The notes under the pieces: generated by a model
The model's input: only the letters and a program-made list of their open reading frames with translations
Told to the model about the DNA's origin: nothing
Database searches by the model: none
Part shown: one piece after another, positions 1 through 13,561 of the stretch
How positions within the stretch are numbered: position 1 is the first letter of the stretch
Layout: each line of letters begins with the position of its first letter
Made by a program: the position numbers and the translations under genes
DNA from: Octopus vulgaris
Taxonomy: Eukaryota
Direction: 5' to 3'
Assembly: GCA_951406725.2 (NCBI GenBank)
Contig: OX597831.1
Coordinates: 54,188,001 to 54,252,000, forward strand
Length of the DNA: 64,000 bases

Positions 1-269
1 AAAGTGATAGGCAAGACTATGTTTGAAAAAGTTACAATATTAAAGTAAAAATGAACATACAGGCAGAGGAAAAAAAACTAAGAAAACCTAACAAGGAAAA
101 AATATCGATCAGACAAGACCGGCCGGTGTATTCAAGATAGTTACCTTACTCAAAAACTAGCCTGGGGTAGGGGAGACAATCAGAAAGTAGGAACAAAAAA
201 CGAATATATGGAGTAAATTATTATAAAATTACAAGTGTTATAAAAACGTATACACTTAACACATAAGAA

Positions 270-1027
270 TATACAGTCATACACATACACTCATACATAC
301 ACACACAGGGGTTCAAGTGTGAGATAACATACAAGTAATATAAAGAAGTACGTATTCACATAAGACTATATAAATATAAATAAATATATATACATATACA
401 CACATACATACATACATATATATATATATATAAATATATATAAATATATATACATATACACACCTACAAACACATGCATAAAACATAAACATGCACATAC
501 ATGTACCCGCACACACATGTACATATATATACATATATATAAATAAATAAATACATATATATACGCATACACACACATGTACATACATAAAATACACATA
601 ATATATACACATCTACCAAAACAAAAAACACAAATGCAAAATGCACCAAAGAAAAAACATATAAAAATATAGAAATACACACATATATACATACATAGAT
701 ATACACACGTATTAATGTATCCATACACAAAAATATGCATATACAGACAAAAAATACATACATACACAGCTACATATACTTGTATATACACATGTAGACA
801 AAAAACATAAAATACATTCATGCGCAAACACAAAAACATACAAGTAAAACATGCATACATACCTACAAGCAAATATATATATATATATATACATATATTC
901 ATGCATAAGTATACATACACATAAAAATATACACACACAAATATATAAATATGTACATATATATATATATATATACACATGCATACACATACACACACAC
1001 ACACACACATATACATACATACATACA

Positions 1028-1090
<63 letters not shown>

Positions 1091-1112
1091 CTATATATAT
1101 ATATATATATAT

Positions 1113-1175
<63 letters not shown>
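270..1175. repeat. Compound microsatellite (CA/TA/TACA/polyT)
   Basis: Direct reading; representative of dozens of such tracts across the window. Confidence 0.95.
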
Positions 1176-1662
1176 GTACTTGTTTCAGTCATTTGACTGC
1201 GGCCATGCTGGAGCACCGCCTTTAGAGTGGTGAAAGAGTACAGCAGGGATCACCACCATCCCCTGCCGGAGCCTCGTGGAGCTTTTAGGTGTTTTCGCTC
1301 AATAAACACACACAACGCCCGGTCTGGGAATCGAAACCGCGATCCTCCGACCGCAAGTCCGCTGCCCTAACCACTTGGCCATAATATAAAATATTATAAT
1401 AATCCAGGTTTCTCGGAGCACTAGGCCACTTGGTGTAGAATAGATATACTATTAAATTAGTATCTAATTCTCTCACCCTTATTAATTAATTATAATTATG
1501 CTGCATTTATTTCTAAATGCTGTATTTGTTTTCCGTGAAAGTTTGGCGCGCTGTTAGTTGGGGCATTTGAATTATAACGTCGGATGTAATCAATTGAACC
1601 ACACGCGTATTTATCGTTATGGTAAAATCTGGCGTGTGATTGAGTGGATTTCATCCAGATAG

Positions 1663-1744
1663 TTTTGGCTGAAGAGCTACAAGTGGATTTTATTGTAAGT
1701 AAAATTACATTTAATTCATTAATAGCGAAACAATTGTCCCAAAA
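1663..1744 (+). ncRNA. Type I hammerhead ribozyme
   Basis: ttttgg-CTGAAGA-gcta...tagc-GAAAC-AATT-GTC-ccaaaa: stem I ttttgg/ccaaaa, stem II gcta/tagc, palindromic stem III. Predicted cleavage after C1738. Confidence 0.85.
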
Positions 1745-2195
1745 TAATCTGTATTTGTTATTTTTTATTTGCCCTGTCCGTGTGAGCTAACAATCGTACT
1801 GACTTTCATGGGAAACATGTATTTTTGTGGTTGAAACCTTTTGGATTAACTGGTGCTAGAGTGAGCCATATAGTGACCACTCTCTTATATTTATTTTGTA
1901 AAAATATTATAATATATTATAAAATATTATAATAATCCAGGTTTCTCGGAGCACTAGGCCACTTGGTGTAGAATAGATATACTATTAAATTAGTATCTAA
2001 TTCTCTCACCCTTATTAATTAATTATAATTATGCTGCATTTATTTCTAAATGCTGTATTTGTTTTCCGTGAAAGTTTGGCGCGCTGTTAGTTGGGGCATT
2101 TGAATTATAACGTCGGATGTAATCAATTGAACCACACGCGTATTTATCGTTATGGTAAAATCTGGCGTGTGATTGAGTGGATTTCATCCAGATAG

Positions 2196-2277
2196 TTTTG
2201 GCTGAAGAGCTACAAGTGGATTTTATTGTAAGTAAAATTACATTTAATTCATTAATAGCGAAACAATTGTCCCAAAA
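2196..2277 (+). ncRNA. Type I hammerhead ribozyme (second tandem copy)
   Basis: Same sequence as 1663-1744, shifted by 533 bp. Predicted cleavage after C2271. Confidence 0.85.
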
Positions 2278-2505
2278 TAATCTGTATTTGTTATTTTTTA
2301 TTTGCCCTGTCCGTGTGAGCTAACAATCGTACAGACTTTCATGGGAAACATGTATTTTTGTGGTTGAAACCTTTTGGATTAACTGGTGCTAGAGTGAGCC
2401 ATATAGTGACCACTCTCTTATATTTATTTTATATTATATTATATATATATATATATATATATAAGTATATGAAAGAATGGAGTTGAATGACTAGTTAACA
2501 AATAT

Positions 2506-2600
2506 CCTTTATTCTCGACATATGTTTCGAAGGCTGCATATTCCTAATTCCGAAGGAATAAGGAGTACATTATGCAGATTTCTCATCAGGAAAATCAAGG
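2506..2600 (-). ncRNA. Type I hammerhead ribozyme in Penelope 3' pLTR
   Basis: Reverse complement: attttc-CTGATGA-gaaatctgcata...tatgcagccttc-GAAAC-ATAT-GTC-gagaat. Confidence 0.8.
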
Positions 2601-3154
2601 AACTTATGTCGACATCAAAATGCACAAAAAACCTTTAGCTGACCGCTCTCAAGGAGCCCATGGCGATAATGAGTGTCTCTTTATAAGGAGTGACGTCAGA
2701 GTGGTTGAATGTAGAAGAATCTAGAAGGTTCTAAAGGTTCAAGGGTTCAAACGAAGTAGGAGGAGGGAAGTTTAAGAATAGTAAGGTGAGAGAGTGCAGG
2801 TCAAAAGAATGGTGGGTTTAAATGATTTTGTTTATGAATGAGTGCCTGTGTATGTGACTGTATATAACTGTCTTAATGTGTGTATGTGTGTGTCTGAATG
2901 CGTGATTGTGTTTGTGGATGGGTAGATGTCAGAAAACTGACAGCTGTGAGGTGAGAGGTCTGTGTCTGTGTGTTCGATTATGTTTACTGTAGAGAAAGGA
3001 AAGTAGATAGCGAAAGGGAGAAAGAATCGGGCGAGGTGAGAGGCAACGCAAGAATGGATAGTAGTAATTGGGAATATAAGAAAATCATTTTGACTATTGA
3101 GGTGAAACATAGCAAAAATTTTTTTGGAAATCGAGGGGTTATCTATATTAGTCA

Positions 3155-3950
3155 CTATTTATATGAGTGAAAGGTGTGTCTTTTCCAGTGCAAACACCTG
3201 TAGGATCTTTCGACGATTGTATTTATTAAAGGGACTTTGGCGAACAAAATATGAAAAAGTTCGGAATTACAGATGCCACAAAATTTTTTGCCTTTATCAA
3301 ACGGGAAGGACACCGACAAAATGGACCATTCGAGCTTGAACGTAGTGTTATTGTTCTTCAGACGCCAGGCTAATTTGCTTAGCCCCGTGCTGTGTTGCTT
3401 TCTCTTATCTCTGAAAGTGGAATAATGGTTGGAGATCCTTTGGGATAATTTAGAAGAGGTTGTGCCAATGTAGAAGTAGACATCGGTTCCAGAAGAGATT
3501 TTGCATTGGTAAGTGGTGTTTCTAATTTTGGAATTTTTGGATAAGAACTTTAATCTGTTGCGGTTGGTTTCCGATACTAAGACAGAGTTTTTATTGTTGT
3601 GATAGGTGTAAAAATTGTTGCTGGCTTTGGCCACGATACTATTCATCTTATTATCATTACTATTAGTTGTAATTTTTAGGGCCTTATTGAGCACGCTGGG
3701 GTTTATCGAAGGGTAGAAATTGGAAATATCGAATTGAATGAATTTAGTGCTATTTTTATTAGAAATGGAAGAGAACCATTCTACGACTTGAGTGGAGTTA
3801 GACCATATGTTGAGTTTAAGCTTATTAACTAATCTAGGTATGTATTTATCTAAAATGTACTTACTGATGGAACCGATGTCGGAACTAGAAGGGCGAATGA
3901 GCCTTAATGCTGGTTGGTTTGGAAGTTTGGTTTATGGTCCTTGACGATGA
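3155..3950 (-). pseudogene. Penelope RT fragment plus GIY-YIG endonuclease
   Basis: ORF 3155-3694 has YQC..YIGTT..RISNH..T.LSK..W.LK..W.IL..CxxC..CxH. Upstream sequence gives RT motif FDISNFYPSI; the RT core between them is deleted. Confidence 0.8.
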
Positions 3951-4920
3951 ATCTTGGTTGCCTTGGGTTGAGTGGTTGTGTTTTCATTTGCAAACCATGA
4001 GCAACCATGATTTTCTTAATTTCCAAGTTGTATCCTTATTCGTAGTTCTGTAATTCTTCTGTATTTCCTTCTCGAGCAATTCTAAATACTGGTTCCAACC
4101 ATTATTCCACTTTCAGAGATAAGAGAAAGCAACACAGCACGGGGCTAAGCAAATTAGTCTGGCGTCTGAAGAACAATAACACTACGTTCAAGCTCGAATT
4201 TTGTCGGTGTCCTTCCCGTTTGATAAAGGCAGAAAATTTTGTGGCATCTGTAATTCCGAACTTTTTCATATTTTGTTCGCCAAAGTCCCTTTAATAAATA
4301 CAATCGTCGAAAGATCCTACAGGTATTTACACTGGAAAAGACACACCTTTCACTCATATAAATAGTGACTAATATAGATAACCCCTCGATTTCCAAAAAA
4401 ATTTTTTGCTATATTTCACCCCAATAGTCAAAAAGATTTTCTTATATTCCCAATTACAACTATCCATTCTTGCGTTGCCTCTCACCTCGCCCGATTCTTT
4501 CTCCCTTTCGCTATCTACTTTCTTTTCTCTACAGTAAACATAATCGAACACACAGACACAGACCTCTCACCTCACAGCTGTCAGTTTTCTGACATCTACC
4601 CATCCACAAACACAATCACGCATTCAGACACACACATACACACATTAAGACAGTTATATACAGTCACACACACAGGCACTCATTCATAAAAGAAATCATT
4701 TAAACCCACCATTCTTTTGACCTGCACTCTCTCACCTTACTATTCTTAAGCCTCCCTCCTCCTACTTCGTTTGAACCCTTGAACCTTTAGAACCTTCTAG
4801 ATTCTTCTACATTCAGCCACTCTGACGTGACTCCTTATAAAGAGACACTCATTATCGCCATGGGCTCCTTGAGAGCGGTCAGCTAAAAGTTTTTTATGCA
4901 TTTTGATGTCGACATAAGTT

Positions 4921-5015
4921 CCTTGATTTTCCTGATGAGAAATCTGCATAATGTACTCCTTATTCCTTCGGAATTAGGAATATGCAGCCTTCGAAACATA
5001 TGTCGAGAATAAAGG
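4921..5015 (+). ncRNA. Type I hammerhead ribozyme in inverted pLTR
   Basis: CTGATGA 4932-4938, GAAA 4993-4996, palindromic ACATATGT stem III, GTC 5002-5004, stem I ccttgattttc/gagaataaagg. Confidence 0.8.
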
Positions 5016-5213
5016 ATATTTGTTAACTAGTCGTTCAACTCCATTCTTTCATATACTTATAATTTTAAAATAAACATACAAATTTCCGCACGAAGACACG
5101 TAGTCTATGCCCTAGGGACGTAATTTCAACCGTGTTCTTTCTGATGTGAATTTGCTACCCAGGTATCGGTTATCTTTCGAATTATCCTTAATAAGATAAT
5201 TCATTCAACTACT

Positions 5214-5261
<48 letters not shown>

Positions 5262-5683
5262 CATATAAAAACACGTGCATAAACATACCCACACAAGCAC
5301 ACATACATGCTCACACAGAGAATACATACATACACATAACCTAAGAGCGCAATAAGAACTAATGAGAAAATGACAAAGAGGTAATCAATAAAACTATTTA
5401 AGGTCAATGAAAATAAATTTGGACAAATGTCTACAAGAGAGAAATTCTTTCATCTCTCGAATTTAAGATAGAACCGTTCATTTTTCATAATTATATAAGA
5501 GTCTTCAAGGCGTAAAAGGTAGTTCTATTTCTAATCTTATAAGAGGGGGCAGAAGAAACAAAATTCTAAGAAATTGAGACGTTTATGTGGTCTCTTTTAA
5601 GTTGCCTTACCTTTTGGGATAAACTAGCACTACTTTCTTTCTGAGGATCATTAAACGATGATCTATGATTATAAAAATACATA

Positions 5684-5823
5684 GGCGCAGGAGTGGCTGT
5701 GTGGTAAGTGGCTTGCTAACCAACCACATGATTCCGGGTTCAGAAGTGTCTTCTGCTATAGCCTCGGGCCGACCAATGCCTTGTGAGTGGATTTGGTAGA
5801 CGGAAACTGAAAGAAGCCCGTCG

Positions 5824-5889
<66 letters not shown>

Positions 5890-6091
5890 TGTGTCTGTGT
5901 TTGTCCCCCTAGCATTGCTTGACAACCGATGCTGCTGTGTTTACGTCCCCGTCACTTAGCGGTTCGGTAAAAGAGACCGATAGTACTGGGCTTACAAAGA
6001 ATAAGTCCCGGGGTCGATTTGCTCGACTAAAGGCGGTGCACCAGCATGGCCGCAGTCAAATGACTGAAACAAGTAAAAGAGTAAAAGAGAG
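5684..6091 (+). mobile_element. tRNA-derived SINE family A (internal TA/TG microsatellite)
   Basis: A-box TGGCTGTGTGG, B-box GGTTCA(G)TCC-like, tail GAAACAAGTAAAAGA. Further copies at 8952-9370+, 12432-12825+, 13915-14290+, 14340-14704-, 15320-15733-, 15982-16522-, 51653-52045+, 53491-54040+, 55710-57411+. Confidence 0.85.
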
Positions 6092-7251
6092 TATGCAAAA
6101 AAAAAAAAGCAAAAGAAACTTAACAAGGAAAAAAACATCGATCAGACAAGATCGGCATAAAATAATAAAATAAAATACTCTGAAAAATACTCTAAAAATA
6201 TTAATATTATAAGAGAGGTTGAAGTCAAGGGGATAATTACTAGAAATATATATAACCATCAATCAAATATATATAACCGTAAAGCTAGCTATAAATGGAG
6301 TTTTACAGTGTTGTAGATTTTGAGATTTATGTTACATAAATGTGGCCTATTCATTTAAAGTTAATATTGTTTAATTAATACTTATTTCTTAGTGTACTCG
6401 TATATAATACTACTATAAATATTATTAAAACTTTTATTAACTATATTCATCATAAGTGTGTGGAGATGATATGCTGGGGGGTGTATTTTATATGTTTTTC
6501 ATCTTATTATGCGTAAAGTTATTCCTATGTCGGCATTTTATTCCTCTCTCTTCATTAGTTTTTAATAATAACTGTCTTGACTGGAGTATTTTTATAAACT
6601 CTGTTGTATATAATAAGCACGCTTTGTTACCTATTTTATGTAAGTTCGCTCTACAAATAATATACCAATTAAGGTTATATTCTTTTTTATTAGATTTTAA
6701 CTCCCATATGTATTTACTTAGACCTGTAGAATATTTTAATTTGAGATTTTTGAAAGACTGATAATGCTAGGAAATTCTTCTTTTAATTTCGGTCGCTGTG
6801 GATCCAAGATATTCTTTATTATTAATATTGTTATTATTATTATTAGAGGTTACTATACATTTATAAATTACGTTATCTAGATTGCAATTATTATGGATTT
6901 GTCTTTACATGTGCATTTATTTAAAATACGGTTGTTTATTGTTTGTGATAGTTCTGGTGTAGCTATGGTTAATATGAGTTAAATTATTATTATAAAATTT
7001 GTTTAATTTAAAATTGTTTATTGAGGATATAATACTTCTTACATTTCTTGTTGTAGTTTTATTGGAGAATATTTTCGAGTACGTATTGTTCTATTTAAAT
7101 GATGTTTTTATTATGTTCAAAATTTCTTTAATAATATTAGTTTTAAATTGGGCCCCTTAAGGCATAATTAGCCATATAATTTCCTTATGTTCATTTTTAT
7201 TGTTATTATTATTATTACTATTATTGTAATTACTATTATTGTAGTTATTAT

Positions 7252-7334
<83 letters not shown>

Positions 7335-7361
7335 TAGATAGATAGATAGATAGATAGATAT

Positions 7362-7443
<82 letters not shown>

Positions 7444-7529
7444 GAGTATATTTTTGCCTTGTTAACAATTAACGCGGAAAAAATAAATAAATAGTTATCA
7501 GGGTAGCAAAAAATCACACGAGTAAATAG

Positions 7530-8503
<974 letters not shown>

Positions 8504-8627
8504 GTATATATATACACACATATACATATACACATATATACATACATATATATATACATATATATATACATATATATATAAAAGCATCGAAGTTAAACAG
8601 TATAAACATGGACATGTTCCCAAACAT

Positions 8628-8668
<41 letters not shown>

Positions 8669-8951
8669 CAGTAGTTAACGAAGGGAGCGGAAGGAGAGGT
8701 TTGACTCCGGTCACAGAGGATTAAGCATACAAGACAAGATACATCAAGAAGAACATAGACGTTTGCTCAGATGCTCTGTGAAAATGGAAGACTCGGCAAT
8801 GTTGCTACAATCATAAATTTACAAATCTACATTGATTTTAACATATGAAAAAAAAATGCTTATGATCATCAAACAGAATACATCCTTGAAAATGATCACA
8901 CGAAAGTACTACGGGATATGAAACTTCAAATGGATAAGTAAATAGAACATT

Positions 8952-9370
8952 CAGGAGTGGCTGTGTGGTAAGTAGCTTGCTTACCAACCACACGGTTCCG
9001 GGTTCAATCCCACTGCGTGGCATCTTGAGCAAGTGTCTTCTACTATAGCCTCGGGCCGACCAATGCCTTGTGAGTGGATTTGGTAGACGGAAACTGAAAG
9101 AAGCCTGTCTTATATATGTATATATATATATATACATATATGTATGTGTGTGTATATGTTTGTGTGTCTGTGTTTGTCCCCCCACCATCGCTTGACAACC
9201 GATCCTGGTGTGTTTACGTCCCCGTCACTTAGCGGTTCGGTAAAAAGAGACCGATAGAATAAGTACTGGGCTTACAAAGAATAAGTCCCGGGGTCGATTT
9301 GCTCGACTAAAGGTGGTGCTCCAGCATGGCCGCAGTCAAATGACTGAAACAAGTAAAAGAGTAAAAGAGT
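8952..9370 (+). mobile_element. SINE family A copy
   Basis: Near-identical to 5684-6091 and 51653-52045. Confidence 0.85.
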
Positions 9371-9798
9371 ACATCCGGATATTGTTGTACTCAATAAAGA
9401 TGGAAAAGTGTCTCTTAATTGATGTGGCTTATTCGTTTGATAAAAGTATGAAAGACAAAGAACATAAGAAAACAAAAAATAACAAGACCTAAAATAGAGA
9501 CTTCAAAGAATCTTGAATTGCAGTATAGCCATCGTTATCCCAATAGTAATTCGAATCTTAGGAAGAGTTGCAAGAAATTTGAACGGTTGGTCAAGGATGC
9601 TGGATATTGTGAGGGATTTCCTGAGTCTACTTACTCTATATAAATCTTGTTTACTTAGCACAGCAAAAGCAATAAGGAAGGTGCTAGACACCAATGGCTG
9701 TGGGATGTAACTTGATAACTAGTAATCAAATGATGGAAGAACAACAAGAAACACTGAGTGAATGAAAATACTACTACTGCTGCTACTACTACTACTAC

Positions 9799-9832
<34 letters not shown>

Positions 9833-9887
9833 GAAGAAGAAGAAGAAGAAGAAGAAGAAGAAGAAGAAGAAGAAGAAGAAGAAGAAG
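9371..9887 (+). mobile_element. R4/Dong-like non-LTR retrotransposon 3' end (restriction-like endonuclease)
   Basis: PDIVVL..K..KYQDL-like..VIPIVI..LG..LLSTAKAIRKVL, then a trinucleotide-repeat tail. Confidence 0.65.
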
Positions 9888-12800
9888 GGTTTCTTTATTG
9901 ACCACCAAGGCCTACCTCTAACCTAAAACAATAATAATCCTCTATAAGTGACAGATGAGTGACAAATAACGAGGACAAATTATTAAGAAGTTTGAGATGG
10001 GGTTATAGGATTGAGTATGAGAAAATTGGTATGACAAAACCGCAGCATAAACATAAAAGAAGTGAAAGAAAAACGCTTCCTGATATGGGAACAACCATCA
10101 GAAATCAAAACAAATCCTCTCTCAGTTCTGTTATGCAACATACAGACGCATACTAAGACTCGGTTCACTCACATAGGTAACACTCTCTCTTCATACCCAC
10201 CTCACCAACACATTTTCTGCCCTCACATTCACATACAGAAATTGATAGGGACTTGGCCGATAAATAAAGTATATGTTCCCAGTCCTCCCAATAACGCTCA
10301 CCACACTACTTATTCACTATAGCCAGTAGGCTGAGGAAAGCTGCCTGTGTCCTGGCCAAAGTAAAGTAATAAAGGTATCTTTTTACAATGCATTTAGCTA
10401 ATGACCGAATCCCTCCTTCATACAACGGTTGTACGCCATCGTTCCGCAAATCAGCAAAGCTCGGACACTACACAAACGCTTACAAGGCGGTTTCGTCGCC
10501 CTGCATGCATTTCAGACAGTTTTGGTTGACGGTGCTTTGTTTGTAAAATTTATCCAGAGCAACCAATTCAGTGGTGTATTCACAAGTGCAGAACAGGGGC
10601 CATTTTATCAAAGTGTATCCGAATTGATAAGCATACACACACACACACCACCACCACCACACTGCACCACTCACACACATTGTTTTCTGAGCATACTAAT
10701 AGTATTATTTATTTTTATGCGCTCTTTTCAAGCCTAGCCGGGTTTCCCGGTTTCTGTGGCGTATGTATTCCCTCCAGCGTTATTCAAGAAACAGGAAGAA
10801 AGAGTGAGAGAAAGTTGGGTCGAAAGAGTAGAACAGGGGTCGCCCCCCCCCCTGCCGGAGCCTCGTGGAGCTTTAGGTGTTTTCACTCAATAAACACACA
10901 CAACACCTGGTCTGGGAATCGAAACCGCGATCCTCCGACCGCGAGTCCGCTGCGCTAACCACTGGGCCATTACGCCTCCACATACTAATAGTATATGTAT
11001 GTGTACTTTATTTCATTTTCTTCACAAATATCCAGAACAATGGTTTTATTTGTCTGGAAAATGTGATGTACCATTGACCATTTTCAATAAGTGATTTTCA
11101 CACAACTTACAGGTCAATGGAACTGGATTAGTTAATATCTACATCACATGTAGGCTAAACATTCCCTTGCTAAATAACAATTGACATAGAACCATTGAAA
11201 TTATTTTCATTTCTTTCTACATTTGAGGCAAGTACAAAAGGCTTTCACCAATGTACAACACGCTTTGTGTGAATATAACACTTCTTTCATATTAACACAA
11301 AGGGATTTTCAGCATATATGCACGCACACCCTGTCAGCATGCATTCAAACTAACCAACTACTGAAATGCATGTACCACGTCAACATTCCTCAAAGGAAAA
11401 CTCTAGAAGCAATACCAAAAAAATTTAAAATTAAATTATAGATAATATAGAAAATATCTATAAATTTAAAATATAAATGGAGTTCTGGTTATAAATGAAA
11501 TTATGGGTGTCTTATACATCAAAATTATTGAAGACAATTGAATATTCCTGGCTCGTAGTTTCCCTGTTTAAAGATGTGGGTAGGGTAACGAAATATTTAT
11601 TGTTTGCCAATCCCCCAAATTTATACCTATCAGTATATCCAATAGTACTTCCATATAAGAAAGAATACTTTTCAGAGTATTTCAGAATTCATCGTGTCTT
11701 TCACTTTCTTAGTGAAGGCGCGTGGCCTTGTGGTTAGGGTTTGCACTCCATGTCCGCAAAATTTGATTTCGATTCCCGGACATGACTAAAAAAACACTTT
11801 ATTTCACGTTGCTCCAGTCGACAGCAGTAAATGAGTAACCCTACCATAAGATGACATCATTTGCTCCACCCGTTCAGCGAGAAATGATATCATCTTGGTC
11901 GCTTATACGCCATGGAACATGAGTAACCGATCCTATGAGCATGAGAATATGAGACAGCAATTTGCAGGACTTGTTGCTGTTGTTGTTGTTGTTGTTGATG
12001 ATGATTCGCTTTCCTTTATAACAACACAGAAGTATATGTTCAGATTTAACTCTAACGCTATCATAACTCCAAAATAGGTTTAAATATCCGTGGTGGTTCA
12101 GTGGCTTCAATAATTTTCGATGTTATTTCAATATTTGTGATGTATCAGAGGAAAGTTATGATTTCTGCTCGAAGGTAGTGTTTGAATGAATATGAGATTT
12201 TATACAAGTCTGAAAAATAAAATGTTTTTATTTGTAACGTCAATATCAGGCAAGGGCAATCTTTTCGAAATGCAAGTTGCATGAAACATGGTTCATTATC
12301 AGGCGGGCCGTTCTAGTAAAACAATTCAAGGTAGTTTTTCGTTAGGGGTCCCATTCAGAAAGTTAAGCGGGCAGCAGTTTTCTCATGATTGGTCTATATA
12401 TTTGCAGGGCAATCAAAATTTCAGAAAATAAGGCGCAGGCATGGCTCTGTGGTAAGAAGCTTGCTTTCTCACCACGTGGTTCGGGGTTCAGTCCCACTGC
12501 GTGGAACCTTGGTCAAGTGTCTTCTACAATAGCCTTGAGCTGACCTAAGACTTGTGAATGGATTTGGTAGACGGACACTGAAAGAAGCCTATTGTATGTG
12601 TGTGAGTGTGTGCGTGTTTGTTCCCCACCGCCATCGTTTGACAACTGATGCTGGTGTGTTTACGTCCCCATAACTTAGCGGTTCAGCAAATGAGACCGAT
12701 AGAATAGGTAACAGGCTTTACAAAAGCTTACTGGGATCGATTCGTTCGACTAAAATTCTTCAAGGTGGTGCCCCAGCATGGCCGCAAGCAAGTGACTGAA

Positions 12801-12929
12801 ACAAGTAAAAGAATAAACGAATAAATAAAAATTGTGACAGTAATTTTGGTTACTGCTCTATTAACCCAAATACCTGGGAGACAATCGCCAACGACCACCC
12901 AAAGTAGCGGCAGGTCATTGCCGAGGAAA

Positions 12930-13185
12930 CTGACCAGATGGAAAATAACAGATGTCAAGAGGTAGAGATCAGACGTCGAAGGCGCAAAGAGCGACTTGCA
13001 TTTCCTCGTCACCTGCCAACTCATCCTTGCGATAAATGCCCCCGGCTCTTTTATACAGTCCTTGGCCTGAATAGCAACCTTAGGGACCGGCACCCTTCGC
13101 ACCCATCAGGATGTAGAGGCTCAATCACTCGCTGCAGATTAACTACTCGGATACGAGTCAATGCCGACGACGACAGCAATTTAAG
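12930..13185 (+). mobile_element. RTE-like LINE C-terminal fragment
   Basis: RRRRRKER..HPCDKCPRLF..GLNS.LR, the C-terminal Zn-finger-like end typical of RTE ORFs. Confidence 0.5.
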
Positions 13186-13528
13186 CATATAGAGCATAAC
13201 CAGCAGAACGCAAAAGTTATGAGACTGTGGTCTGTTTTTGAGGGAAAGGGCATGGCCTAGGGGTTAGGGTGCTGCGTTCATGCAAGGTCTTGGTTTCGAT
13301 TCCCGGACCTGGTGATTTTTTTTTTTTGTGTGTTCTTAAGGAAAAACACTTCGTTTAACGTTGCTCCAGTTTACTCAGCTGTAAATGAGTAAGCCTAATA
13401 AAAGGACTGATGTCTCGTTTAAATGAGCATGGTCATTTATACGCCTTGGAAACCATGTAACTGGCCCTGTGACTCTTAGGAGTTGAGACGGTAATGTCCA
13501 ATAGCTGATGATGATGAGGATGAGGATG

Positions 13529-13561
<33 letters not shown>

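Larger units (their letters stand above)
1388..2430 (+). repeat. Tandem direct repeat, two ~533-bp non-coding units, each with a hammerhead ribozyme (retrozyme or tandem pLTR)
   Basis: TCCAGGTTTCTCGGAGC at 1403 and 1936; CTGAAGAGC at 1669 and 2202 (both offsets 533). Units nearly identical, no ORF, ends in (TA)n. Confidence 0.9.
2460..5215 (-). mobile_element. Penelope-like element (Naiad-type), internally deleted, with inverted pLTR
   Basis: Minus strand encodes an RT piece (KFIQFDISNFYPSI, ~3700-3950) fused to a GIY-YIG endonuclease (FYIGTT..RISNH..CGIC..CLH, 3155-3694). 2460-3433 is repeated inverted at 4094-5061. Confidence 0.85.

Noticed and set aside
313-1233. Long ORFs such as 366-1118 (250 aa) and similar YI/CV/HT-rich ORFs throughout
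   Set aside because: Translations of TA/CA/TACA microsatellites, which lack stop codons; not genes.
6300-7160. Possible N-terminal PLE coding remnant on minus strand
   Set aside because: Only weak motif hints; too decayed to support without a search.
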